Shown in pieces: positions 12,161 through 25,766 of a stretch of DNA of 64,000 nt. The number at the start of each line of letters is the position of its first letter. The stretch's first letter is position 1. The position numbers and the translations under genes are program-made. The notes under the pieces are model-generated. The model was not told the origin of the DNA. It worked only from the letters and a program-made list of their open reading frames with translations, and did not search any database. The stretch comes from Balanoglossus misakiensis (taxonomy: Eukaryota > Animalia > Hemichordata): positions 637,978-701,977 of the forward strand of contig JBECUI020000024.1 of the NCBI GenBank assembly GCA_040954595.2, read 5' to 3'.

Positions 12161-15100
12161 GTAAGTTGCTAGTGGAACTCCGAACATTTTTAACTCCTAC
12201 AAAGCCATAGAAAATTGTCATCATCACATGTTAAAATTCTATATTTTCCTATACTGTCAAGTTTTCCCAAGCCTCAAGAGAAGTGAACCATTTATTTGTG
12301 AAGCAGTTATCTTGTTTATAACTTATCTGCTAGGTAGCTTGTCTTACTCCTACATGACAATACAATATCATCATAACATGTTGCGACTTACAACAAAACT
12401 GGCCAAAAAAAAATCAAGGGAGCAAACTATGGACATCAGCAAAGCTATCTTCGTGGCACTTTCAAATTCAAACTTATGCGGAACGATACTGATTTTCACA
12501 GTTTATTTTTGACAACTTCTTACCAGCACTTTTAATGAATTCATTATTCTCTTGTTTTTCAACAGCTGTATGGTAATTCTTGGTCAAAGCTATGACGAAA
12601 ATGGACTCCTTGACAACTATTTTAGCTTCCATGGTGATGTTACACAGATGAATGTATACGATTATGTATTGACTCCTGTTGAAATCCAGAGTCTGGCTTT
12701 GAACTGTTCACAAAGTCCACTTGGCAATCATGTCATGTGGGTTGAAATGGATCAAGAGTTATTGGGTAGTGTGGTCAAAATCCAGCCATCAGCTTGTGGA
12801 AGTACCAGGTGCCCAATTGGTTACTCTGGTTCACCATGCACACCTGTTGGTAAATAGCCTTATTCATTACTATCAAACAATTTTATGCATAATCTGACGA
12901 GGAGAAATTGGGTCATATTCACAGAGTTGATTAATCCTAAATCCTTACTTTAACACAGCTCTCCTTGTAATGTTGTGTCTGTCCAGGGAAAACTGTGTGA
13001 AATTTTGAGTAGTTTTTCCTGTGTACATTCACCAGCCCCTAGCTGCTGTGTGTTGTACTCCAATCACACAGCCTGCAATCTCCCTACTTTAGGAAGTATA
13101 GGGAATCATCATCTGCCCATGCCTGTATCGCTCACTCTTTTTGTTTCTACCGTACATGTATTTAACACTGAATGTAATGATACTATTCACAACCACCATC
13201 ACCATCATCATCATCATAATCATCATCACCACCACCACCACCACCACCATCATCATCACCATCATCATCATCAGTTTCTGCTGTTCCAAGAACTAGGCTT
13301 ATCATGAGTGTAATTGATCATATCAGTTATTATGCCTATGGATACCATCTCATGACTCCTGTCCTATCTTGTAGTGTTTCTTGACAGTGATCTAGTCTAT
13401 TCACATGTATCAGAAAACAAGCACTTAACAATATCTGGATTTCTCATGAATATGTGACAGATATTAACATCTAGTAGTGCATTTACCTAAATGTACCAGT
13501 GTATGCATAGGGGGTGTGGACCAGTTGTTTAATTTACAAACATTTGTTATTCTTTCATTTTTTTTTCTTCAGATAAACACGCTCCTGAAGTCATTTACTG
13601 TCCCAATACGACCCGTATAATTAGTCCTAATAGCTTGACAACAGGAGTATGGCAGGAGCCTATATTTACAGATTATGTCGCCATTGCCAATGTGACACAA
13701 ACCTACACAATGGGTAAGTTTCCTATAAAATATCATTTCTGATTATAGATAATATATAACATTCACACTAACTAAGTTTTTTTTATCGGGGTGGGGTGGG
13801 GAGTTGATCTAAACAGAAACCAACAAGCTGAGACAACTTTCCTAAGATTATGGTCAGTATGAAGCATACTGGTACAGTTTATTCTTGTAGCCGTTACTCA
13901 TATATGGCTAGCACATCCTATGTGCGACAGATGATCTTGCTTCCAAGTATTAAAGCCTCAATTGCTGATACTATTACCATATGTTTATAGGCCCTTTCCT
14001 CGATCCCAGGGCAGTACAATGAAGTTAAAACTCGAAAGCATTTGTGTTTGCACGTAATTGTTTATTGGAAACAAAAGATTTGACCAACTGTTGAGCAAGG
14101 CCTTTAATCAGTAAAGTACTTAATATTCTCCACTACTACTGGGGATACCCATACCACAAATGTTGTGTTCTCTTACAATGGGCAGTTGAATAAACGTGTG
14201 CGGCACCATATCTGTTTAGTATACATATCTTGTTCATGTTTATATGTACAGTCACAATCAGGAGTTGATAATATGCCTGTGTATACCCACCAGATAGCTC
14301 ACTTAAATGGACCATTCTAAGTTTGAAAAGAAAATCATGAAAAACATTCAAGAACCGGAAGCTATTTTGGCTTTAGCACCCATGCCTGTAATGATGTGCA
14401 TAATTTTGTTCTTACAGGTGACACCTTTTCCTGGGGAAACTACCAGATCAGCTATGTTGCTTCAGATACAGCTGGCAACAATGCACAGTGCAACTTTTTA
14501 CTCTATGTACTGCGTGAGTGAATTTTTTTATCATTCATACATAAACTTTACAAATTAATTAATATCTTGACAAATTGTCATCTCTACCCCTTGTTATGTC
14601 TTGTCACATACTGTAAAACGGGACATTTTCGTGACAGAAAATATTTTGCAATATATCAAAAGAGGCAACTGTGACACGAGAATTAAATTTCCGCATTCTA
14701 GTATTTTACTAACTACTCTGTTATCTCTGAAAAACATTTTATGCGACTTTATTTTCTTCTTCTTTTTTGCCGAAGTTTGGGAAAATTTGCCGTTTTACAG
14801 TAATATGATTGCATCATTATCACTTTTGTCCCTATGTAACTATCAAAAATTATAACAACATCATTCAGAACATACAAGGACACTCAAACCCGTCTAAAAC
14901 AAACCCTGTCTAATCGGGAAACCTCTCTTCAACCAACAGCTTTTCCTAGTCCCTTTTACATAGAAACATGTTAATGTGTTGGTGTTCTGTTTAAAAGATT
15001 TGACTGTGTAATAAATATGGGTGTCACACATACACCATTAAGACAGTTCTGAAGCATCTCAGAATTGATACTGTCTTAAAAAAACATGTGTGGACGGTGT

Positions 15101-18100
15101 AAGTGGTCCTGAAACGTCTCAGATTTTAGACGGCTCTGCCAGCCAGACCTGAGCCGGTGTAAGGATTAACACCTCTCCGCAACCCATTGTCTATGGGGCC
15201 GAGCCTCAGCGCCCATACATAAACTTTGTGTGTGTGGACACAACATGACTCAAAGGATTAATGCTCTGTGGTTAGCACTGGCAAATAGTGTCTCAAATTT
15301 TACCCTGTGTGAACCTGGTAAAAGAGGCATTGTGCCCTAGTGGCTAGGGTTGTGGGTTCGTTACCTAGACCTGGACATTTGGGTAGTATTTGCCTGTTGG
15401 ATGATATATGAGACACAGACATTTGGGTAGTATTTGCCTGTTGGATGATAGATGAAATAAAATTAAAAATATATATATAGACAAATAAACTGTGTTCTCC
15501 TTTCTTTTACATCATTTGATTGTGAAAAGCCAGCACCACCAGTTAAAGGTATTTCCATCTGTAATGAGTTTGAGTCGGGTGTGTCCTGTCAGGTGGATTG
15601 TTTACCAGGATACAAGTTTGCAAGCCTGCCAGCACCTTACTATCTCTGCCATAGTGAAGGATCTTTTAATCCTGAGAATCCAGACGAGGAATTCACCTTC
15701 CCTGGATGTTCAGGTGAGAAAAAAATGATTTGGTATCAGTAAAGAAATATAATCAGGTTGCACATGCACATTCAGAAAATTCTCCAAAGAGAGAGAGAGT
15801 TTTGAGAGGGGGTATTCCAGCATTGAGACAATTTTCTTTTAGTTATAAATGAAAAGAGAAATATGAGTAATGCAAATTCTTGCTTTACAGTATGTCAAGG
15901 TTGTGATTACAGGTAGATAATTTGTTAACATCATATCTGCTTACCCCAATATAAAGCTCCAGTACATTTGAGCTATTTTCTTAATATTTTGTTCTGGGTA
16001 AGCAGCTGTAACTTTCCTGATTGGCTAAGCGGTTTCGCAGTCTAAGTCAATACATCGTTCGCTAGATTGAAAATTGCATCTTTAACAAAATGTGTTTGTT
16101 TGTATTGTTCTACTGCAGCTCCTGGGAAGACTCAACGTGGAGTGAATTGTGGCGTGTCATACAATTCACAGGCTGGTACATGTAACAATGGTGTCATCCA
16201 GCAATTGAGGATCAGTTTTATGAACACTATCAACTATCTGAATGATTTGTTTGGTATTTGTGGCGGTGAATGCAACTTTGATGACCTTGAAATAACCTGC
16301 GGCGCCTCAAACCGAAGAAAGAGACAGGCTGATACTCAGCTTGTGGTTCAGTTCAGTTTCACAACCAATGCGTGAGTAGTAATTGTTATTTTTCGAGTAT
16401 TTCATTCCCCTTCTGTTCTATTGAAATGACTTTGGTGACATGTCTAGGGTACTGATCCCAGGCTGTGTGAGGACCAGCTCTGTATTCCCTATACAGCTGG
16501 TGTTTGCATTATTGCAAAATATTCCATTCATGCAAGTGAAAACAAATTATTTTGTGTCTTAACACTCAAACATTTTCAGTTTTTGGCAACCCCATCATTT
16601 CTGCCCACCTTCCTTCATGTTGCGGCATCCTGTATTCTAAAGATTCATGCATTCGAAATATACTGCAAAACGTGTTATTTTCGCGAGCAGTAAATTTCTG
16701 CAAAACATGTGCTGGTCAAAAAAACGTTAAAATAAAAAGTTGTGTAAAATGTTTTTGGAGATAATGATGCAGTTAGTGAAATACGAGAACTCGAAAATTC
16801 GTCCTCACGTAACAGTCGCCTCTTTTAATATCGCGAAAATTTCCTGTCGTGAAAACAATTCAGTTTACAGTACACACTTCTAGTTGGTATTGTAATGTGG
16901 CATATGTAAGAATTTTTTGCCTGTTGTTTTATCCATTAGCTCTGCTGATGCTGCAGCTGTAGTTATTGAAGATGCAGTCAAGAATGGTCCTTTTGATACA
17001 GCTGAATATTCGGTCGACGCTGAGACATTACAAGTTGAAAGTACAATATTCTGTTCCAATGGTAGTGTTCTTGTTGGAGAAGAATGTGGTGAGTGCCTAT
17101 ACTCCTCAGTTGTTATGTACTTTAACCCTTTCACTCCCAGTTTCCTCTATAGAGGTCAAACCTTACCATAGAAAACAATTGGTTTGGACTGAACCATGGT
17201 GGTGAAAGGATTAAAACTGTGTCCAAAATTAATATTATAAGGTGTAGATGTTAATATGTTTATATCGCCTGATATGACCTGTTAGGTGGGCCGTATTGCT
17301 GCGAGTGTGGTTGTGAGTCGCAGTGTACAAATTAAAGACAAGTGTGAGTGGTAAATACAACCCAACCAAGAGGTGATATAAGGAAATAATTGATTTGATA
17401 TGCTCATACCAAGGAGGGACAAAGTCTCTTTCTCGCTGCCCTTTTTCCATTAATTATGTTTGATAGAAGACACAGTTAATGTTATTCTACATGTGGATAT
17501 ATAGTGAATCAACATTCAACCACACACAACTGCAATCCCACTTGTAGACACAAGAGTGAAAAACTGGCCAAAATGAATGCTGTGTGTTACAATTGTAGTT
17601 GTGTTTTAAACCATTAATGCATAATGATCAGTACATGAACAATGTATACATCTGCCTTCAACATTTTGTATTTCCACAGTATTGTGTCCTGAAGGGTCGT
17701 ACCATGACACTGAGCTGAGTCAGTGCCATCCTTGTGCAATTGGATATTATCAACCCCTTGAAGGACAAACAGCATGCAATGCCTGTCCAAATAATGGAGT
17801 CACCAGGGGAAAGAGATCATTATCCATCTTGCAGTGTTTTGGTATGTATAACAGAAGGCAATATCTCCTCCTCGTCCACAGCCATAGCCTAGTATCTAGC
17901 CGTATTCCAAAACTAGCGTCTAGCCTCACTCATGCCACTGGCCCGATAAAACCCCATACCCCTTGCCGGGAATTGTGACGTATATATCAAATTATTGTGG
18001 TGTGATCCAATATGGAAAGAATGACAATTGGAATGTTCATCTCTTTGGTTGAAAAAATAATTTTTCAACAATGATGTCTATTGCAGAGAGGTGCGATGTT

Positions 18101-21054
18101 GGTCACTACTTTGACAACGGGACTTCTCAGTGCCAAAGCTGCCCCATTGGATTCTGGCAATCAGAAGAAGGAAAGTTTGTGTGTAATACTTGCCCAAAGG
18201 GAATGCTTACATTAGTTGAAGGAGCTACTGATGAGTCACAATGTCAGGGTAGGTACTTGTGTTATTTGCTATTCTTGACTATCAATCACATGATCTGGCC
18301 ATGTGACGTACCCATGGCGTTATCATTTGTAAGTGACAGGCAAGCAATATTTCGGCATCCAGTAAACTTTTTTCCGAGTAGGTTTTTACTTTAGAACCGC
18401 CAGATATGTAACATATTCAACAGTTTAACAAATTCACGTGAGTGAAAAGCAGATAATCGTGAATATCAAAAAATTAATCTTCTCAATTACAGAGGTATGT
18501 AAATCAGTGGGAGTCCAACTTAGTGTCAATGGGTCTTGTGAGTCGTGTCCCATGGGAACCTATCGATCAAATGCTGAACTTCAGCCATCTTGTATGCCGT
18601 GCCCATTTGGCTTCACCACAAGAACAGTCGGTTCAACCTTAAGTGAAGATTGTAATGTTTGTAAGTATTATGTATACAACTTTTCATGTTGTATCTCAAC
18701 TGTACTGAACTGAAGGTTGTATTATTGTGCCTCAGTTGTTCAAAATAATGATAGTCCTCCAATTTTATTCTATGCTCTTTTTCCATTCCATCAACAGCTT
18801 ACTGCAATGTTGGTTGGTACTTGAATCAGGAGTCCTATAGATGTGAGAAATGCCCTGTTGGAACATATAACTTTGAATTCAACCAGGATGCTTGTCAACC
18901 ATGCCCAACTGGCTACACTACAGGCAGAGAGGGTGCCCTATATGAAACAGAATGTGATGGTAGGAATACATTTTTCATAATCATAGAACTGATAACATGC
19001 ATGAAGTGCTTGTGGAGATCAACCTTAACTGTTCAATCTGACACAAACACTTCATTATAAGAAATTTTCTTCTTTATTTAGAGTATCATTTGATATGTTG
19101 TGTGATCCAATATTTTTATATAATTTAATAATGCTCCTCTTTTAACACCTTTTCTGAAAATTTCACGGAAATAACAATATTGTAATACTGTTTTCTCAGA
19201 ATTCTACATGTTAGGCTATGGAATGTGATAACCATGCACTGCATCTGGGTAGTCATCTAACTTAAAGGTATACAGTCACCTCCAATTTACAAACGCCCAT
19301 ATATGGCTGAAATGGAGTATATGAGAGTTCTAAAGAACATATGGTGGCGCTCTTTTTTGCATGTGCCACCCACTGAAAATCTGTGATTGGCTAGATCTCC
19401 TTTTGCCATGGTAACTATAGCTAATTTTCCATAGGTGACCGTATACCTTTAACTGGTGATATGTATGAAGATCCCATAGTTTTATTTGGTGGTCAGTTAA
19501 AGACATTGCAAGAATTTTTGTTTTCTAGATGCACATGAATGTCGTCTTGGTCTGGATGACTGTCACCCAAATGTCACTTGCAGGAATCTTGTACCAGGAT
19601 ATGAATGCACTTGCAAAACTGGTTTCACTGGTGATGGAATAACTTGTACAGGTATGTAACTATCTACAACTGAAATGTCAACAGAAATATGTACAGCTAA
19701 AACGTAGAAACTACTGTTGATTTAGTATCTCTCTTGCTGCCCTTTTTCCATTAATTATGTTTGATACAAGACACTGTTTATGTTATTCACCCGGTACATG
19801 TGGATATATAGTGAATCAACGTTCGACAGCACACAACTTCCATTCCGTTTGTAAGAAATGAATCTGCAAGTGGGTTTAGTTCTTGTCTAATACAAATGGT
19901 TCGTCAGGTAGAATAATGTGATGTGATTTTATTCTTGTGTCTAGATAAATGTGAAGGGTTCTGCTCAAACAATGCTGTTTGCATCAAGGACAGTGATGGC
20001 AATCCTGTTTGTGAATGTACTGATGAATATCAGGGTGAAACTTGCCGCCAGAGAATACCAATGCAAGTTAAAGGTGTGTATACATTTCTTTGTCTTTTAA
20101 TAACTCAAGATTGAAAAACAATATTCACTAAAGTTTACACATTTGTTTGATCTACATGATTACAGTTTACGTTGTCTTGAAAATATTTGTGAAAATGGTG
20201 AAACTGCAACATCTGCAGTATAACTAGATTTTTGGTCAACTAACCATTTTACAATAGTTAAGCATCATAATGAATGGTTGTCTTGCTTTTATCGTAGCAT
20301 ATCGCCCCCGTGACAAATAGAAATATTTAAACCCTTACAGATTCCTCCGTTGACACAGCTGTCATCATTGGTGGTGTTGCGGGAGGTTTAGCGGCTGTGT
20401 TAGTGCTTGGTGTAATAATGTTACTCATGTACCAACGGTAAGTTATTTAGTACTACCAGAGTAGAATCGAGACAGCTGTAGAAATGTTGCCCATCAGAAA
20501 ACTGGGAATTTACCTGTATCTTTCCATACATGCATGAGGCAACGTGAAAAATAATCACATCTGTATCGTGGAAGCAAATTTATTCAAAGAGTTCATGCAT
20601 AGACCTATTCGCGTATAGGGTAACTGCAGTGCATCATGGTATAATTTGCGTTCAACATGCATGGCGGCTAACAAGGCAAAGTCACGCGACCAGACCGCAA
20701 AGTGTCCAACAACCACCTGCGTTATTCTACAGTAGTAACAACATCACAACAAATCCCACATTGATGATGTTCAACTATTTGACATTCAGGTGTGCTCTTG
20801 GAGGAAAGAAACATCCAGGCTGGGAAGAACAAGAGGCAACTATGGATATCCATTGGTTTGATGATACAGATGATGTTGATAGCAAGGCAGGGAAAAGTGT
20901 GGAAGATGAGGAAGCCTTCAGAGAAATCTATCACTACAATCCCATGTATAGTGGCGACAGTGGTAGTGCCAGTGGAAGTGAGGAATGGAGACCAAGGCCT
21001 CTTAAGAGTAGAAATGAACTATTTCATGAGAGTCACGGAGACAGATACTTCTAA
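11960..21054 (+). CDS. SVEP1/Uninflatable-like single-pass membrane protein (pentraxin/LamG-HYR-sushi-SEA-like-4x ephrin-receptor-like Cys repeats-2x EGF-TM-NPxY), 3' portion only
   Basis: 15 phase-compatible exons: 11960-12160, 12566-12849, 13573-13713, 14418-14513, 15513-15713, 16119-16371, 16940-17088, 17680-17841, 18087-18248, 18493-18660, 18798-18959, 19529-19651, 19945-20073, 20341-20437, 20790-21054 (TAA). All GT-AG except the acceptor before 15513 (CAT). No start exon found in the window. Confidence 0.88.
12566..12849 (+). CDS. exon, pentraxin C-terminus plus EGF-like half
   Basis: VILGQ..SFHGDVTQMNVYDYVLTPVEIQSLALNC..CPIGYSGSPC. Confidence 0.9.
13186..13272. repeat. (CAT/CAC)n trinucleotide repeat, intronic; similar tract at 23966-24022
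   Basis: Directly visible; gives spurious poly-His ORF. Confidence 0.9.
13573..13713 (+). CDS. exon, HYR domain N-half
   Basis: DKHAPEVIYCPN..VWQEPIFTD; TTCAG acceptor, GTAAGT donor. Confidence 0.88.
14418..14513 (+). CDS. exon, HYR domain C-half
   Basis: GDTFSWGNYQISYVASDTAGNNAQCNFLLYVL; TACAG acceptor, GTGAGT donor. Confidence 0.88.
14611..14800. mobile_element. MITE with TA target duplication; relative at 16663-16870
   Basis: TA|CTGTAAAACGG ... CCGTTTTACAG|TA; second copy TA|CTGCAAAAC ... GTTTACAG|TA. Confidence 0.75.
15513..15713 (+). CDS. exon, sushi/CCP domain (acceptor reads CAT instead of CAG)
   Basis: PFDCEKPAPPVKGISICNEFESGVSCQVDCLPGYKFASLPAPYYLCHSEGSFNPENPDEEFTFPGCS; GTGAG donor. 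Confidence 0.82.
16119..16371 (+). CDS. exon, SEA-like region with furin-type RRKR site
   Basis: CGGECNFDDLEITCGASNRRKRQADTQLVVQFSF; TGCAG acceptor, GTGAGT donor. Confidence 0.85.
16940..17088 (+). CDS. exon, end of SEA-like region into Cys-rich repeat
   Basis: SADAAAVVIEDAVKNGPF..FCSNGSVLVGEEC; phase matches neighbours. Confidence 0.85.
17680..18959 (+). CDS. four exons each encoding an ephrin-receptor-like (GCC2/GCC3) Cys repeat: 17680-17841, 18087-18248, 18493-18660, 18798-18959
   Basis: Repeated CP.G.Y...C..CP.G.YQ...Q..C..CP.G..T..G.....C pattern; all phase-1 GT-AG. Confidence 0.92.
19266..19448. mobile_element. TTAA-flanked MITE (Kolobok/piggyBac-type target)
   Basis: TTAA|AGGTATACAGTCACC ... 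GGTGACCGTATACCT|TTAA. Confidence 0.8.
19529..19651 (+). CDS. exon, calcium-binding-type EGF domain
   Basis: DAHECRLGLDDCHPNVTCRNLVPGYECTCKTGFTGDGITCT. Confidence 0.9.
19945..20073 (+). CDS. exon, EGF domain
   Basis: DKCEGFCSNNAVCIKDSDGNPVCECTDEYQGETC. Confidence 0.9.
20341..20437 (+). CDS. exon, transmembrane helix
   Basis: AVIIGGVAGGLAAVLVLGVIMLLMYQR; TACAG acceptor, GTAAGT donor. Confidence 0.9.
20790..21054 (+). CDS. terminal coding exon, acidic cytoplasmic tail with YNPMY (NPxY)
   Basis: TTCAG acceptor in phase 2; ...EIYHYNPMYSGD...DRYF-TAA, followed by AT-rich putative 3' UTR. Confidence 0.82.
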
Positions 21055-22693
21055 TGTGCCATCTCTGTGTGTACATGTATGGTATAATTCAAATGATAAC
21101 TAGAATGGTTTTCATTTTGTGAGTTGACACAGTACTGTGATAAGCTTGGTATAATCCCATAAATGATAACAATAATAGTTATGCTTTGTCAGACGACAGT
21201 ACTGTGATAAGCGCACATTAAATTGGTTGGAGTGAAACAGATCTTTATTATTACACTCTTAGCAACATCTGAATGAAATGATCATAAATAATCATCTTTA
21301 AAGTATGTTGGTTATAAGGCTATATATTTTACATATTTTAAAGAATTTTCCTTAAAAATTTGTTATGACTTATTATAAGGTATTGTGTAATGAAAAAGAT
21401 ATGATAATACGAGAATTCCTAAACAACAACATATTTTTGTTGAATTTGGAGGACAAATTTAACAGTGTACCAATTCAGCTCTCCCTTTGCATGCTGACTT
21501 GCTTCTGTATTCATACAAGGCAGCATTTATCCTTAACTTGATCAGATAGAAGGTCTTTTCATCCAAATGCATAGATTATGAATTATTTCTCTCAATATAT
21601 TCAGTGACTACCTCCCGATGATATATATCCTCCTGAATTAGTGCTTCAAATTTTGATATTTTTCTTGATATTTTTCTTTAATTTGACTTCAACCGTCACC
21701 ATTCTCCAAGACTGTAAAAGAAGGGAGATGATGATTAACTATTATCAATTTTTTTGCCCCTTGTACTGTCTTTACAACTGGCCGTATAAATCTGATATTT
21801 GTTTGGCATGCGAATTTTGGAATATGGATGTGTATGATCACAATTATAAGATCCTCAAAATAAAAGATCCTATCATTTCATTTGGTTAATAACCAGTTCA
21901 TAGGTGAATGGAAATATAGTTACTCACTTTGAGACCTGACATGTATATATAATAATTCAAAGTATTTATTCGCATATTTTTATATTATTCATGGTGTTAT
22001 AGATCAATGGAAATTTTTCAAATTAAATTCATGTATATAAAATGTAGCAATGTAATGTCATATGTGAAACCCTTAATCTTGATATTGTAATTCATTGTAG
22101 AATATGATTATATTGTGTTATTCACTCAACTTGTGCATGTATGTTTAAGATTCATGCAAAATTACTTTTTTATACAAACTGTTCCTTTTTGTGTTGTTCG
22201 GAGGTGACAACTCATCAACAATGAAATAAGTTTGGGAAATTTTTGAACAAAGTCATGAAGTGGAAGTACTATAAATAAGTTTAATATCTGTTTGAGTTGT
22301 CCTGCCAGAAGTCAACATTTTTAGCTTATACAAATACTGGTGCAACTACAGAACAGTTGAAGAATTTCATCATTATATTTATGTTTTAATTACAAGTATA
22401 TCAATTGTACCTTTTCCTTATATTAAAAGCATATTTTTATTATAATATTTAACTGAGTTCTTTGTCTACTTTTTTAAACTGACAATTTGTCAGTCATTAC
22501 CATAACCCTGGAGTGTATTTCACTGTGTCCAGAGATTCTTCTGTAGTTGTTATAATAAGACATCAAACCAGGTCCAATAATCAATATTACTCAAGCTAAG
22601 CTAATTACCAGGTCCAGGTTCAAAAAAGAAATAAGAGAAAAACTTACAATTTCAACAGGATCATCTTGAACCACTGCTAAGTGGTAGTACTCG

Positions 22694-23143
22694 CACAGGG
22701 GGGCTGCAAACATGAAAGTTATAAATGGCGGAGTTCCTGCATTTTCCCCCAATAAACATTAATTGATGAACAGTCTTTGTGCTTGTTTATTTTTCTGTGT
22801 TACCTCCACCTGTCTTAGCAGTTGCTAATCCAGAATACAAACTATTGCATTTCCAATTAAGCACCTGCTAACGACTTAATCTGTGTGCCCCATCCACGGA
22901 TTTAGTGGATTAAGTAAACATCGGTCAGTTCTCACTTGGTAAGAGAATACCCAGTACTCGCTGACCGATATTTACTTTATTAACTTAATCCATGGATGGG
23001 GCACACAGATTAAGTCGTTAGCAGGTGATTAATGGGAAATGGATAGCTTTTATTCTGGATTAGCAAATGATAAGACAGGTTGGGAAAACGCAGAATGGAA
23101 CGTACTTCGCCATTTATAACTTTCATGTTTGCAGCCCCCTGTG
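22694..23143. mobile_element. foldback-type MITE, near-palindromic over ~450 bp
   Basis: CACAGGGGGGCTGCAAACATGAAAGTTATAAATGGCG mirrored at 23108-23143; inner CACCTGCTAACGACTTAATCTGTGTGCCCCATCCA mirrored at ~22993-23027. Confidence 0.88.
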
Positions 23144-25766
23144 GTACTAGGTGTCGGAAATGGGTAAGCACACCCTTCCAGCATGCTACACCCGTTAAGA
23201 CTGACCCAAAGAGACATATTTAAGTTGAATTTGACTTAACTAACAAATTACTGTTGCAAGTCAAATCCATATTTTGACTTTATCTCTGACTGAGCGCAGC
23301 ATTGTCTGAGAGACACTTCACGTCTTCCTCTTCACAAGCAGCCCACTTCAAGTTTCAGCAACATCCATAATAGTCCTAAAGTTGAGGTGCCAGTTAAAAT
23401 TAGGTTTTTGGACCAAACTGGAATAGCTGCCGAAGTTTGGTATTTCAAATGATTGTCAGGTCACCTGTTTATTATATGACTGTGAGGTTTCTAACAAAAG
23501 GGAGATGACATACAATCACAAGTGTAAATCCAATATTGAACATTACTTAAAGGGACAAATTGTTCAAATCCTCTTTTGAGCTTATTTGGTCAATTTTGTT
23601 TGATATGAAATGTGCCTATTATGCTGTTTGACTTCTTTAAACATGCTTAAATACTGGCCAATAAATAACTCCACTATGTTTGAAATTAAACCAGATAGTA
23701 CAATAATACATTCCAAATGTCATCTGTGATAACATCATGCTTTGGACTTTTTTACTTTATATATTACATAACATGTTACGGAGGGGGGAGAGAGGTGAGA
23801 AAAGGAATGTGAGAAAGGAGAAGAAAAGCAAGAGGGCGGAAATGAGAATGTCAGGATGGAAAGGGAATGAGGGGAGGACTTTGACAGAAGGGGAGGGGAG
23901 ATACCGAATAAGTGAAGGTGAGAGAGGAAGTGGTTAGACAGGAAGAAAGGGAAATTAAAGCTCAATCACCACCACCACCACCACCACCACAATCATCATC
24001 ATCACCATCATTGCCATCATCATTCTGGAGGCATCGTGGCCTGTATTGGCCCATGGGCATCATGGGCCAAAAAAACTGATTCAGTGTAAATGTGCATAAA
24101 CCACACTTTTGTACGAACTCCTGTAACCGGTGACGCAAGTCGTGAGTGGATTTGTGGGCGTGTCGCGACCTTTTCTGTGAACGTGATGCAGAGTGATATA
24201 TTGATGACCCCCAGCCACCCCCACACCCTTTGGTAACACACTTCTTAAACTTTCTTTACATAGAATGGACTTCTCAAACCTTCCTTACCAAAGTTCTGAT
24301 TAAAGATATCTATCTTCTAGGGTACTACCAACAGCGTTTCACGTGACTGTAGACAAGCATCAAGTACCTGTACACAGACAAGGGCGTGCGCGCGTCCACA
24401 ATAATTTAAAACGAATGTTTCCACCGCCGTGTGTTTTATGCACATAAACACTGAATCAGCTTTAATATTGTCCCATGATGCCCCGTGAGTTGTCAGGGTA
24501 CCAAACTGACAATGCTGGAGAAAAAATGAAGTGTTGACATGCATGTTGTTGAGGGGTTTCACAATGCATGTTACGGACGCTGGTTTCTCTTAGCAATAGA
24601 GTAGAGGCGTAAGGATGGGTTGATCTTGTGATTAAGAATTTTGGCAAAGAAACAGAAATTGTGTCATTTAGTTTTGTATTAAACCCTATTCGCGTATTTT
24701 GTGTTAAAGCACGAAATACTGCAATAATGAGATACGGTAGTATTTAACACATATAATATATGATATAATATAGCTTTATCAATACCAGTGAATTTTGTGA
24801 CGTCATTGCTGTACATTTTTTTATCTTTTATTTAAAACGCACAATGTTACATCAACAAATCAAAAGAAGAAACGAACTGAAAACTCACATCATAGCTTCA
24901 AAATGTATTACACTTTCTGGATGGTTGCATGATTCCTAAGGTTTGTATACCTTCAACCTCAATGTCACGCGGGAGGATTGGTGTTGGGAATGTAACGGGG
25001 AATTAAACTCTATCGATGGGGATAACTCGCTTGGCTAATACTGAGAGGTACCTATATGGAATCGTGCTGACGTCCAGATACATCGACACGAACACTGGGT
25101 ATTTATGGTAGCAACTGAGAATATAAGAATTTAATGAAATAAACCTACTCGACCACTTGCGTTCTGAGGACAAGAAGGACACAAATAGTCCGCCATCCAA
25201 AAGACCGTTCCAGCATTTTATTTTTACCCGCCAAAAGACGCGGAGATATATTTTTAGATGAATGATCCATGCATACTCTGATTGCATAGTACTTGTCTTC
25301 CTTGTGTTCCTTAAAACAATGAATGTATTGTATTTTCTTTTCTTTTCATCAGGAATGCGATAACTTTCTTAACACTTCAAAAGTTTCTTTACTCTTCAAT
25401 CACTTCTGTCTCAACTTTTAAGTTTAACTTTTACTTCCAAATCTCAGGTCACAAACTCTATAGACTGCTAAACAATTTTCTTCCTAGTGTTGTATGCGCC
25501 ACTTGTGAATTTTTGCGAGTGAGATTCACGGGCGTTTGAGCACAATTTATACAAAATATGTTTATCGCCATTAGAAAAACGTTCGCGTAGAATCAATGAC
25601 GTCATGGTAAATTTTAGCTGCATGCTCCAATAGGGATGATAGGGAGACTACTTGTTGTAGAGCACCTGAAAATGTACGTATTTCGTCACTTCCTTTTCGC
25701 GAAATTTAATTCTTAACGGCATCTTAGTTTTAAGATTTGTGATTCCTTTTTTCTTCAGTTGTACAT

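Noticed and set aside
12975-13307. Poly-histidine protein
   Set aside because: Intronic (CAT/CAC)n repeat; no splice or domain support.
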